Source: Pirellulales bacterium
Lineage (GTDB): Bacteria > Planctomycetota > Planctomycetia > Pirellulales > PALSA-1355
Assembly: GCA_963733035.1 (NCBI GenBank)
Contig: CAVTBU010000009.1
Location: 192,001 to 256,000, forward strand
Direction of reading: 5' to 3'
DNA length: 64,000 nucleotides
A model generated the notes under the pieces. That model made no database searches, had not been told where the DNA came from, and saw only the letters and a program-made list of their open reading frames with translations. The position numbers and the translations under genes are program-made. Below, one piece after another: positions 29,846-38,775 of the stretch. Within the stretch, counting starts at the first letter, position 1, and every line of letters begins with the position of its first letter.

Positions 29846-30311
29846 ACGTATGGCTAAAGAGGCCGAACACTTCTATGCATTTACAGACCGCATGGGTTCT
29901 GAGCCGGTGTTTGCCGGGGGATGGTGGTACTTCAAGAACGGGGCTGTAAGCGATGGTTTCCGGTCGCATCACGAACCGCCAGAAGACCCTAACGAATTGC
30001 TCAAGAACCGATACCGCTATGCCGTCACAAGACTCGACGAGCTGCTAGACCTATACATCCACAACAAAAAAGTGATCGCCGAGCAAATTGACATCCATCG
30101 CATGGGGGCAGGACCAATGCCCGCGTCGGGCTGGGACGACGGGATGAAATCGCTCCGATCAAAAGTCCAGGTCGCTAGGGCCGTCGTCCGCTTGCTGTTG
30201 AAGAGACACCTACCGGACGAACAACCTGATGACGATTACGACAAGAACGAAGCACGGCGAGAGCTGACAGACAGCGCCCGTCGCACACTCGTCAAACTAG
30301 AGCGAGAGTAG
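29829..30311 (+). CDS. Hypothetical protein
   Basis: 160 aa, overlaps the terL end, inside the operon. Confidence 0.6.
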   Translation: MTHYFERMAKEAEHFYAFTDRMGSEPVFAGGWWYFKNGAVSDGFRSHHEPPEDPNELLKNRYRYAVTRLDELLDLYIHNKKVIAEQIDIHRMGAGPMPASGWDDGMKSLRSKVQVARAVVRLLLKRHLPDEQPDDDYDKNEARRELTDSARRTLVKLERE

Positions 30312-30315
30312 AGGC

Positions 30316-31149
30316 ATGCTGACGCTTACCGTCAACCTGACCGCCGCAGCTCGCAGCGAATCAATCAACGGACGGCCCTACCTGGTCGCTCCAATGACGT
30401 TGATCGTGCCGGGAGTCTTGAACGGCAGCAGGGGCCCGTTGCTCTATCCGCCCGAAGAGATTGAACGGAGCGTAGCGGCCTGGAACGGTGTACCGCTCGT
30501 GTTGGGCCACCCTCGCAACAGCAATGGCGTTCCTATCTCGGCTCGCTCGCTGGAGATTCTGAACCGGATCGGCCTAGGTTTCGTCCAGGGAGCCCGCACG
30601 GAGAACGGCAAGCTGATGGCGGAAGGCTGGTTTGATGTAATCCGCATGAAAGAAGTCCATCCAGCGGCCCTTGCTCGACTTCAAGGCGGACTACCGCTTG
30701 AACTGAGTACGGGGCTCAACACCGACAACTATCGGGCCACGCCTGGATCAACCTACAACGGCCGAGCCTACCATGCCGTGGCTCGCAACTACGAACCCGA
30801 CCACCTAGCAATCCTGCCGGAAGACAAAGGAGCCTGTTCCCTTAACGACGGATGTGGAGTCCTAAACATGCGATATGAAGATTTCAACCAATACCCCCAA
30901 CAGCTTGTTCACAACGGAGTGGTCTACCAGCCGGTAGGTCCAGTAGCCAACGACCTGAATGAAGAGCTGCTGGAAGAGCCGACGATCAACTGGCGGGAGT
31001 GGGCCGGCTGGGAAGATCCCAAGCCCGCAGCTCAGCCTTGCTCGAATCGTGCCGCAACAGAGAACGTCCAAGCTGATCCGAACGACATCAACGCCGAGAA
31101 GCTTGAAGAGGCGGATATCAACTGGGCCGAGTGGGCGAAAGGGAATTGA
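30316..31149 (+). CDS. DUF2213-like phage head protein (prohead protease/scaffold-like)
   Basis: GVLNG, WNGVPLVLGHP, ELSTG, PDHLAILP…GACS…DGCG. Confidence 0.75.
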   Translation: MLTLTVNLTAAARSESINGRPYLVAPMTLIVPGVLNGSRGPLLYPPEEIERSVAAWNGVPLVLGHPRNSNGVPISARSLEILNRIGLGFVQGARTENGKLMAEGWFDVIRMKEVHPAALARLQGGLPLELSTGLNTDNYRATPGSTYNGRAYHAVARNYEPDHLAILPEDKGACSLNDGCGVLNMRYEDFNQYPQQLVHNGVVYQPVGPVANDLNEELLEEPTINWREWAGWEDPKPAAQPCSNRAATENVQADPNDINAEKLEEADINWAEWAKGN

Positions 31150-31207
31150 ACACGAACACAGGCGGCAAGTCAGAGCGGGAGTTGTTCCCTGACTCGCTCC
31201 TTCGCCG

Positions 31208-31518
31208 CTGAGGGGTCGGGTTGGACTTTCCTCATTGGTCTGCCCGGCCCCTCGGAAAACAACTAAGCGGGGCTTTACGTCCGTGGGTTCTGCTTGGGGG
31301 TAACGACCGGGCTGCCGGGAGCGTATCCGGTGGCTCGGTCGTCTAAATCAATTGTGACTTTTACGCCTCCTTTACCGCACATGGGGGCAGGCGAATAATT
31401 CCGAAATGGCGGCACGTGTCGGACTAATTACCCGATGCGGGCTATCTCTCTAGCGACTTCAGATAGCCAGCCGCCTGTTTTTCTCTTACCCGAAGTCGCG
31501 GAAGTCGCGGAAGTCGTA
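31208..31518 (+). ncRNA. Candidate structured RNA or long integrase leader
   Basis: Hairpins 31208-31255 and 31303-31342 whose non-Watson-Crick pairs are G-U on the + strand; hairpin GGCTATCT/AGATAGCC at ~31440-31468; tandem GAAGTCGCG x2 + GAAGTCGTA before the ATG. Confidence 0.4.
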
Positions 31519-31520
31519 CC

Positions 31521-33284
31521 ATGTCCAAGAAGCTGATGCCGGCCGCAGGCTACCTTCGTAAGTCAACGGCTGGAGAAGGTAAGGAAGGTAAAGAGCGTCA
31601 AGAAAAGTCCATCCCTACTCAAAAGGCTGAGATTGAAAAGCTGGCCAAGGCAGAGGGCTACAAGATCGTTCGCTGGTACGCCGATCCCGGCATCAGCGGA
31701 TGGAAGAGGGGCGTCAAGCGTCCAGACTTTACCCGGATGATTGCCGAAGCGCAGCAGCTTCGGGATATCCAAGCCATCGTCTGCGACGACATCGACCGAT
31801 TTAGCCGTGCGGATATGGATGAGGTCCAAGCTGATGTGTTCGCTCTGAAACAGGCGGGAGTTCAGTACATCATTACCGCAGCCCAAGGCGTCTATGACCT
31901 GGGCAGCCACGGCACTGACTTCGGTAAGGTTGTAAAGTTCATGGCCGACGTGTGGGGCTCGAATCAATTCAGTCGCAAACTGTCTCGCCGGATAGCTCGG
32001 GCTCGCCGTGATGCCGCTAGGGAAGGCAAGCGGAGCGGGGGAAGTGCCCCGTACGGCTTGGCCAACGACGGTAAGGGCGGGCTGAAATTTGGTAAGCGTT
32101 CTGAGGTGAAGATCGTTCGCCGTATCTTCGATGAATTCGTCAAGCAGCTTAGCTCGATGAACGCCATCGCCAGCCGACTCAATGCCGACAAGATACCTGC
32201 CCCCAGGGGTGGCGTCTGGCATGTCGCCACGGTGCGTGATTTACTCATGCAGCCAGCCTACGCGGGAGAGTTCACCTACAACCGCAAGCAATCCGGCCAG
32301 TTTCATATTCTTAACGAGTCGGGGGAAGTGGTTGAGGCAACTCCCGAGACTCGTAAGAACCACTGGAAACTGAACGACGCAGCGGTTATCTCCAAGCCAA
32401 AAGCCCACAAGCCTCTCGTTGATCGGACGGTGTTCAACGCGGCGCAGAAGCGGCTCGCCAGCTTCAGCCTCAAGGGAAATCGACGCCCACGTGAGAATGG
32501 CTACCCGCTGGCTGGTATTTTGATCTGCGACCATTGCGGCAAGCCCATGTACGGCTGTCATCAGAAGGGTCGCAATTACCGCGTGTACCGCTGTAGCACC
32601 CCCGGCAAGTCCGGGATGGGAACATGCGGCGCATACGAGATTCGTGAAGAGCGCATTTTGCCCTTTGTACTACAGCTACTCGGGGAGGAACTGGAAAACT
32701 TTGACCCACTAATGGTTAATCCACCGGATGAGCTTCTCCCCTCAAACCGGGATGAAAAGCGGGCAGAACTACAGGAAGAACGTGATGCGTTGGCCAAGCG
32801 AATTGAACAGGCCGAAGAGAACCTGTTGTACGCTACTGATCCTCGCACCCGCAAAAATTTTGACGTACGGGTATGCCGGTTGCGGGCTGAGCTAGACCAA
32901 CTCGATGCACAACTGAATACCCCCACAACGCGGCGTGGCTTTACTGACGATGAAATCGAGGGGCTGAACACATTCTGGAATCGTTTTCATGAGGATGCCC
33001 TTTCAATGCCCATCCCAGACGGCCGAGCAGATCCGTGGTGGATCTGCTTCCAACGCCCAATGCACGATAGTGATGCGTGGGAGCGACACATTGCGGTAAG
33101 GCCACGACAGGTGAACGAGATACTACATATGCTGGGCGCAGAGGTGCGGCTCCGGTGGAATACCCAGCATGTCACCCTAGCCAACGGTAAGACCCAGAAC
33201 CGATACACTCTTTGCCGTGGCCGTTTCCGTTTGAGCCAAAAAGCTGGGAAAATACCACGTCCGGTTTTATCGTGTTCAGCTTGA
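31521..33284 (+). CDS. Large serine integrase #2 (cognate integrase; its 3' end spans the right att junction)
   Basis: [35 protein letters not shown]…C, coiled coil; the stop TGA overlaps comM sequence. Confidence 0.93.
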   Translation: MSKKLMPAAGYLRKSTAGEGKEGKERQEKSIPTQKAEIEKLAKAEGYKIVRWYADPGISGWKRGVKRPDFTRMIAEAQQLRDIQAIVCDDIDRFSRADMDEVQADVFALKQAGVQYIITAAQGVYDLGSHGTDFGKVVKFMADVWGSNQFSRKLSRRIARARRDAAREGKRSGGSAPYGLANDGKGGLKFGKRSEVKIVRRIFDEFVKQLSSMNAIASRLNADKIPAPRGGVWHVATVRDLLMQPAYAGEFTYNRKQSGQFHILNESGEVVEATPETRKNHWKLNDAAVISKPKAHKPLVDRTVFNAAQKRLASFSLKGNRRPRENGYPLAGILICDHCGKPMYGCHQKGRNYRVYRCSTPGKSGMGTCGAYEIREERILPFVLQLLGEELENFDPLMVNPPDELLPSNRDEKRAELQEERDALAKRIEQAEENLLYATDPRTRKNFDVRVCRLRAELDQLDAQLNTPTTRRGFTDDEIEGLNTFWNRFHEDALSMPIPDGRADPWWICFQRPMHDSDAWERHIAVRPRQVNEILHMLGAEVRLRWNTQHVTLANGKTQNRYTLCRGRFRLSQKAGKIPRPVLSCSA

Positions 33285-33300
33285 GGTAACGTGCAGTGGC
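33263..33300. other. Right attachment junction (element arm GGTTTTATCGTGTTCAGC + TT + comM arm)
   Basis: comM homology begins at ~33280; the arm is the inverted counterpart of 15040-15057. Confidence 0.88.
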
Positions 33301-34396
33301 AATCGCGGCGCGGGTCGTTGCGATATCCGCAAGGGCAGGGGTTCAGCGCCACCAACAGCATGAACCCGCAGGGAAAGGTGGTGCTCGAAAGCGCGCGGGA
33401 AATGGTGACGGTGCCGTCCTCAAGCGGTTGACGCAGAACTTCGAGCGTGCGGCGGTTGAACTCGGGGAGCTCATCGAGAAACAGCACCCCGTTATGCGAA
33501 AGCGAGATCTCGCCGGGCGTGGGCGTCGAGCCGCCACCGACCAGGCCGGCTTCGCTGATCGTGTGATGGGGTGCTCGGTAGGGACGCGTCGCCAACAGCG
33601 GTTGGCCGGCGCCGAGCAATCCCATCGCGCTGTAGATGCGGGTGGTTTCGATCGATTCGCTAGCGCTGAGCCTGGGCAAAATGGTGGGCACGCGTTTGGC
33701 GAGCATTGTCTTGCCGGAGCCCGGCGGGCCGAGCATCAGGAGATTGTGATTTCCACTGGCGGCGATGGTGACGGCGCGCTTGGCCATCTCCTGCCCGCGG
33801 ACATCAGCAAAGTCGACGTCGTAGGCCGAGTACTCGTCGAACCACTCGTTGAGCCGCGGCGGGGTTGGATCGATCTCGATGGCGCCAGTAAAGAAGGCCA
33901 CGGCTTGCGACAGGCTGGAGACGGCGATCACGTCGATACCCTCGACGACGGCTGCCTCGGCCGCGCTGGCCGTGGGGACAACCAGTCCTTGCAAGCCCGC
34001 CTGTCTGGCCGCGGCCATGGCCATCGACAGCGCGCCGCGGGTCGGGCGGGTGCCACCGTCGAGAGCCAACTCGCCCACCACGGCAAAGCGGTCGAAAAGG
34101 TCGGAGGCAATTTGTCCGCTGCCGGCCAAGATGCCCAGCGTAATCGGCAAGTCGAACGAAGCGGCCTGCTTGGGTAGTTCGGCCGGGGCCAGGTTGATCA
34201 CGATCCGGTCGTCGGGCCGCAGATAGCCCGAGTTGACCATGGCCCGTTCGACCCGATGGGTACTTTCCTTGACGGCGGCCTCGGGCAATCCGACCAGCAC
34301 GGTTTTCGGCAGAGCGCCTGGGGAAACGTCGACTTCGACCTCCACCGGCAAGGCCTCGATCCCCACCAGCGAGAAAGTGCGAAGCTTGGCAAGCAT
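33281..34396 (-). pseudogene. comM: 5' part of comM (Lon-like domain + AAA+ Walker A/B), interrupted
   Basis: [78 protein letters not shown]. Confidence 0.95.
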
Positions 34397-34665
34397 GAAC
34401 GGATCGCCACCTGGTGAGCCAAATCGAAGGGACGCGTCAGCCCCCATTGTCGTGGCATATCACGATCTCCGCAAGAAGGGGGTCGACTGGCCGAGCTCTT
34501 CAAAGAAAAAGAGGAAAAACCTGGAGGAAAGCACTTGTATTTTCCCCCTCTTGGAAGGAATATGGTGGCACGCTGGCGAATCTGCACAGCCACGCAACAC
34601 GCGATGGCAGGACCAACGTCAGACGAAAATCTCTCTCTTAACGCACAACTTTCGAGGAGCCGCTA

Positions 34666-35790
34666 ATGACTCGGATGACAACTCTGCGACCAGCTTTGCT
34701 TGGTCGCGTATCTCAAACGACCGCGCTCTTTGCGGTCTGCCTACTGGCATCGGGAGCCGGCATCGCTCAAGCCACTCCGCTTGATTTCACGGTCATCAAC
34801 GTGAGCTCCGGCAATCAAAGCCGGATCAATATCGCCGCGACGGCAGACCTGGCCGGAACCATGCTGACCGGTAATCCGCAATTTGCGCCCGGTGGTTTAA
34901 ATGGGGACGGAAGCGCTTCGACGCTCTACAACCAGACCGGCTCGAACACGCCCAGCAACATCGTCGCCAACGTTCACACGAATAGCATCGTGTTTCCGGG
35001 CGGTGGAACCGCCATGGCTGCTAATGCCAGCGGATTCTTCGGCAGCCTTGGTATCGCGCCGGGAGTTGGTGGCACGACGGGTACTGCCCCGGCCGATTAC
35101 GGCCTCATCTTCACTTCGGCCCAGAATATCGTGATTCCGCCGATTGATGTCAGTTCGCTGAACATCCCAGGCATCACGACGCTCAATCTGGGCACCCTGA
35201 CCGGCATTAACTTGAACGTCGCCTTGCGCAATTTCACGCTGGACGCAAACAGCGGCACGATTCCGTTGTCGCCAAACAACACTTACCCAACGCAATTCGA
35301 CGCTTCGCAGGTCGACCTGGTTGCGGCGGGCACCGTGGATATGTCGCTGACGGCCACACTTTCGCAGAACAGTCTGACCGACTGGCTCGCGACCGGCGCG
35401 GCTCTCATTGCGTTGAACTCGGCACTGTCCGGTCAAGGCATCAACATTACCGAAACCGGCAGCCTGGCCACGTTGAGCTATCAGGTAGGCATCGGCTACA
35501 CGACGGCGCTGCCGGCCACGAATCTTCCCAATACCGGCGCCGGCCCCGGCACCATCGACCACGTCGGAGGAAATCTCCGCATGACGTTGCCGGTGAATTT
35601 CGACTTACAGAGCGCACTGCCTTCGTCCCTCAGTTCGTTGCTAACGGCCGACTTTTCCATGTCGGGCCAATTGATCGGGCAAACGCCGTACGTCACGGTT
35701 GACGTCCCTGAACCGTCCTCGGTCCTGCTCGGCTTGATGGGTATCGGCGCGTTTGGACTGATGGTGCTGCGGCGAAAGCGTGCGGCCTAG
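34666..35790 (+). CDS. PEP-CTERM sorting domain protein
   Basis: Signal peptide; Thr/Asn/Gly-rich body; VPEPSS + TM helix + RRKR. Confidence 0.92.
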   Translation: MTRMTTLRPALLGRVSQTTALFAVCLLASGAGIAQATPLDFTVINVSSGNQSRINIAATADLAGTMLTGNPQFAPGGLNGDGSASTLYNQTGSNTPSNIVANVHTNSIVFPGGGTAMAANASGFFGSLGIAPGVGGTTGTAPADYGLIFTSAQNIVIPPIDVSSLNIPGITTLNLGTLTGINLNVALRNFTLDANSGTIPLSPNNTYPTQFDASQVDLVAAGTVDMSLTATLSQNSLTDWLATGAALIALNSALSGQGINITETGSLATLSYQVGIGYTTALPATNLPNTGAGPGTIDHVGGNLRMTLPVNFDLQSALPSSLSSLLTADFSMSGQLIGQTPYVTVDVPEPSSVLLGLMGIGAFGLMVLRRKRAA

Positions 35791-35837
35791 CAGCCCAATT
35801 TACGGCTGCTTTGCGGCTTTAATGTTGCCCGACCATA

Positions 35838-35879
35838 AAACAGGCCGCCTCCCTTCGCTGGGAGGCGGCCTGTTTGTTT
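35838..35879. terminator. Intrinsic terminator between convergent genes
   Basis: AAACAGGCCGCCTCCC-loop-GGGAGGCGGCCTGTTT. Confidence 0.85.
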
Positions 35880-35901
35880 CCAAGCTGACAAGTGACCCGG
35901 A

Positions 35902-36624
35902 TTAATTCATCGAAATAACGCGCGTCGAATCGGCCAGACAACGGCGCCAAATGGACGGGGAGACTTGCTGCTTGAGCCAACTGCGTAGCGTGTCGCAACC
36001 CAAGGCGTGCACACAGCGGCGCGGGTCGGTTTCACCGCCGCGATAGCCCCAATGCACGGCGGCAATGCGGCCATTCCAGATCACCGGTCCGCCACTGTCG
36101 CCGGGAATCGTCACCTGCTTGTCTTGGACCCCCTGCGCCGCGATCAACGACTGCGGAACGTCGCCCTCCATCGGAATTGGATGGGCTACCGTGGCCACGA
36201 AGGAACGGAACCGCTTGGGGCCGTAGCCCCAGATCTCGACTAACTCGCCAAGGGCCGGGTTGTGTTCGGCGATCGGAACCGGATCGATTCCCCGCGGCGC
36301 ATGAATCCATAGTGCGGCCACGTCCAGCTTGGGATCGATTGCCAAGATGCGCGCGCCGGAGTCTTGTCCGTCGGTGAACTCAACGGTGATGGGCCCAATC
36401 TCCTCTTCAAAAAGATGGGCGGCGGTCAAAACCAACCCAGCATCCCCATCGACTGCCGTCAGCGTGCCGCTGCCGTTGACCGTTGGGCCGGGTTGGCGGT
36501 AGCCGCTAATCCAATTTTTGACGCGGGCGGCGGCCAGTCGAGAGCCATCTTGTTGATAGGAAACGGGATCCGCCGTGGGGCTCGCAAGCAACAGTCCCAC
36601 TAGCAGCAACGCACATTGCGGCAC
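35902..36624 (-). CDS. Trypsin-like (S1) serine protease
   Basis: TAAH, DVAAL, GDSGGP catalytic triad motifs; signal peptide. Confidence 0.88.
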   Translation of the reverse strand: MPQCALLLVGLLLASPTADPVSYQQDGSRLAAARVKNWISGYRQPGPTVNGSGTLTAVDGDAGLVLTAAHLFEEEIGPITVEFTDGQDSGARILAIDPKLDVAALWIHAPRGIDPVPIAEHNPALGELVEIWGYGPKRFRSFVATVAHPIPMEGDVPQSLIAAQGVQDKQVTIPGDSGGPVIWNGRIAAVHWGYRGGETDPRRCVHALGCDTLRSWLKQQVSPSIWRRCLADSTRVISMN

Positions 36625-36951
36625 AGTTCACCTCCCCTTCGATCGATCTCTTTCGTGACGCCTCGGCGAGAGCGAATCCGCTCACCACCGGTACCGCGAA
36701 CCGCGGTCGATCGCCGCCCCCCGCCTTCCAATAGCCGGAGCGATCAGGCGGTTCTAGGATAATTGGCGAGGCGGCCGAGCAAAAGGGGTCATGCTGTGCG
36801 CGAACACGATAAGCCCATGGAATGGGCCGAAGTGTCCGAGAATTGAGCCAGCCAGCTTACGAACTCGAAAGCTAGACGGGCGTTTCGCAAGCGATCAGCG
36901 CCGCGGCGGCGGATTGGCCGGAATGCAACTCGCGGTCGCGAACGAGGGGGT

Positions 36952-38690
36952 TTAGTAGCCGGCAGCGCAGCCGTCTTTGCGGGGCTCGGTGGCGCCCCGC
37001 AGGACCCCAAATTTCGAATCGATTAGGATGCCCTGGTAACCACCAAAGCCGCCCCCGCGGCCTTGCTCCACATGGTGCCCCTTCTGTTCGAGGGCGCTGA
37101 CGATGCTTTTGGGCACCGTGGCTTCGACCACGACTGTGCCGCCACCCGGCTCGGCAGGGCTGCCGGTGGGCGTGGCGCTTCCCTCGTGTCGAATACGGGC
37201 CTCGTCGCCAGCTTCCTGCACGTTCATGTCGAAGTCGATTAGGTCGACCAAGATTTGCACGTGCCCCTGCGCCTGCATGTCGCCCCCCATCACGCCGAAG
37301 CAAAACCACGGTTTGCCGTCCTTCGTCACCATGGCTGGAATGATCGTGTGGAAGGGACGCTTGTGAGGTTCGAGACGGTTCAGGTGCGTTTCGTCCAAAG
37401 CGAACAGTTCGCCGCGGTTTTGCATGACGAATCCAACGTCGCCGGGCACCACCCACGATCCAAAGGCGCCGAAGTTACTCTGAATGAATGAGCAACAGTT
37501 ACGGTCCTTGTCGACCACGGTGAGGTACACCGTATCGCTTTTCTCGAGCAGGGGATTCCCGGGCGGGACGTCCGTGGCGGCAATCTCCATGTTCAGCCGC
37601 TTGCGCGCTGGGCGGCATACTTTTTCGAGATTAGCTCGTTGGTGGGCAGGCTGCCGAACGCTGGGTCGGCATAGAACCTGGCCCGATCTGCAAACGTCAG
37701 TTTTTTTGCCTCGACGAACAGGTGGAACCACTCCGCGCTGCCGCGGCCCATCTTCCGCACGTCATAGGGCTCGATGAGGTTGAGCATTTGCAAGGCGGCA
37801 ATGCCCTGACCGTTGGGTGGCAATTCCCAAACGTCATAGCCACGATAGTTCGTGGAAACGGGCTCGACCCAATCGGAATGATGATCTGCGAGGTCCTTGA
37901 GCGTCAGGTAGCCGCCATTCGCCGCGCTGTACGAAGCAATTTGCTCGGCGATCGGGCCGCGATAATAGGCGGCTGGACCGTCCTTGGCAATTGCCCGATA
38001 GCTGGCTGCCAGATATGGATTACGGAAAATCTCGCCCTCGGCCGGACCGTGACCGTCAATGAGATAGGTCTTGGCCGTATCCGGGTGCTGCTTCAGTTTG
38101 GGTGTTACATGCTGCCAGAATCCGGCGATGATTTCGGTGACGGGAAATCCCTTTTCGGCATAGTCGATCGCCGGCGCCAGAATCTCTGCCAGCGGCATTG
38201 TGCCGAAGCGGCTGCGCAAATCTTCCCAACCTTGCACGCAGCCTGGAACCGACCAGCACAACAGGCCCTCGCCGGGGATGCTCTTGAGCCCCTGCTGGCG
38301 AAACACATCTCGGGTGAGTTTGTAGGGGCTGCGGCCGCTGCCGTTGAGGCCGTATAGCTTTTGGGTCTTATTGTCCCAATAGATAACGAACACGTCGCCG
38401 CCGATGCCGCAGCTCATCGGCTCTGTGAGCCCCAACATGGCGTTGGTGGCAATGGCCGCGTCGGCAGCGTTACCGCCCGCCTTGAGGATGTCGCGGCCGA
38501 CTTCCGCGGCCAGCGGAATACTCGTGGCCACAATACCATTTTGGGCCACGACAGCGGAACGACTCTGATGAGGATTGCCGAGCGGCCGATCGTATTCGGC
38601 GCCGTGGGCTCGAGGCGGGCCAGCGTCATCGTTTCCGTACATCATCAATCCTGTAAGGATGGCGGTCATCAGTACCATAAGACGTTTCAT
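36952..38690 (-). CDS. ggt: Gamma-glutamyltransferase with an apparent 1-nt frameshift near 37605
   Basis: GGNAADAAIA, GIGGD, ELPPNGQG in one frame; SDTVYLTVVD, KRPFHTIIP, GVMGGDMQAQG in the next frame. Confidence 0.88.
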
Positions 38691-38775
38691 CGATCGGTCC
38701 CTCTCAAGATCGCCCGGCCAACAAGAACTGGGTTGCAGCTCCGCGCACGCCGTTGATTCCAACGTGTCGACGCGG

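Larger units (their letters stand above)
15038..33282. mobile_element. ~18.2 kb serine-integrase element (phage-satellite-like or defective prophage) inserted in comM
   Basis: Split comM halves rejoin in frame at a shared CTT (15037-15039 / 33280-33282); the reconstructed attP is an imperfect palindrome around TT; carries integrase, helicase, terminase and capsid-related genes. Confidence 0.93.
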
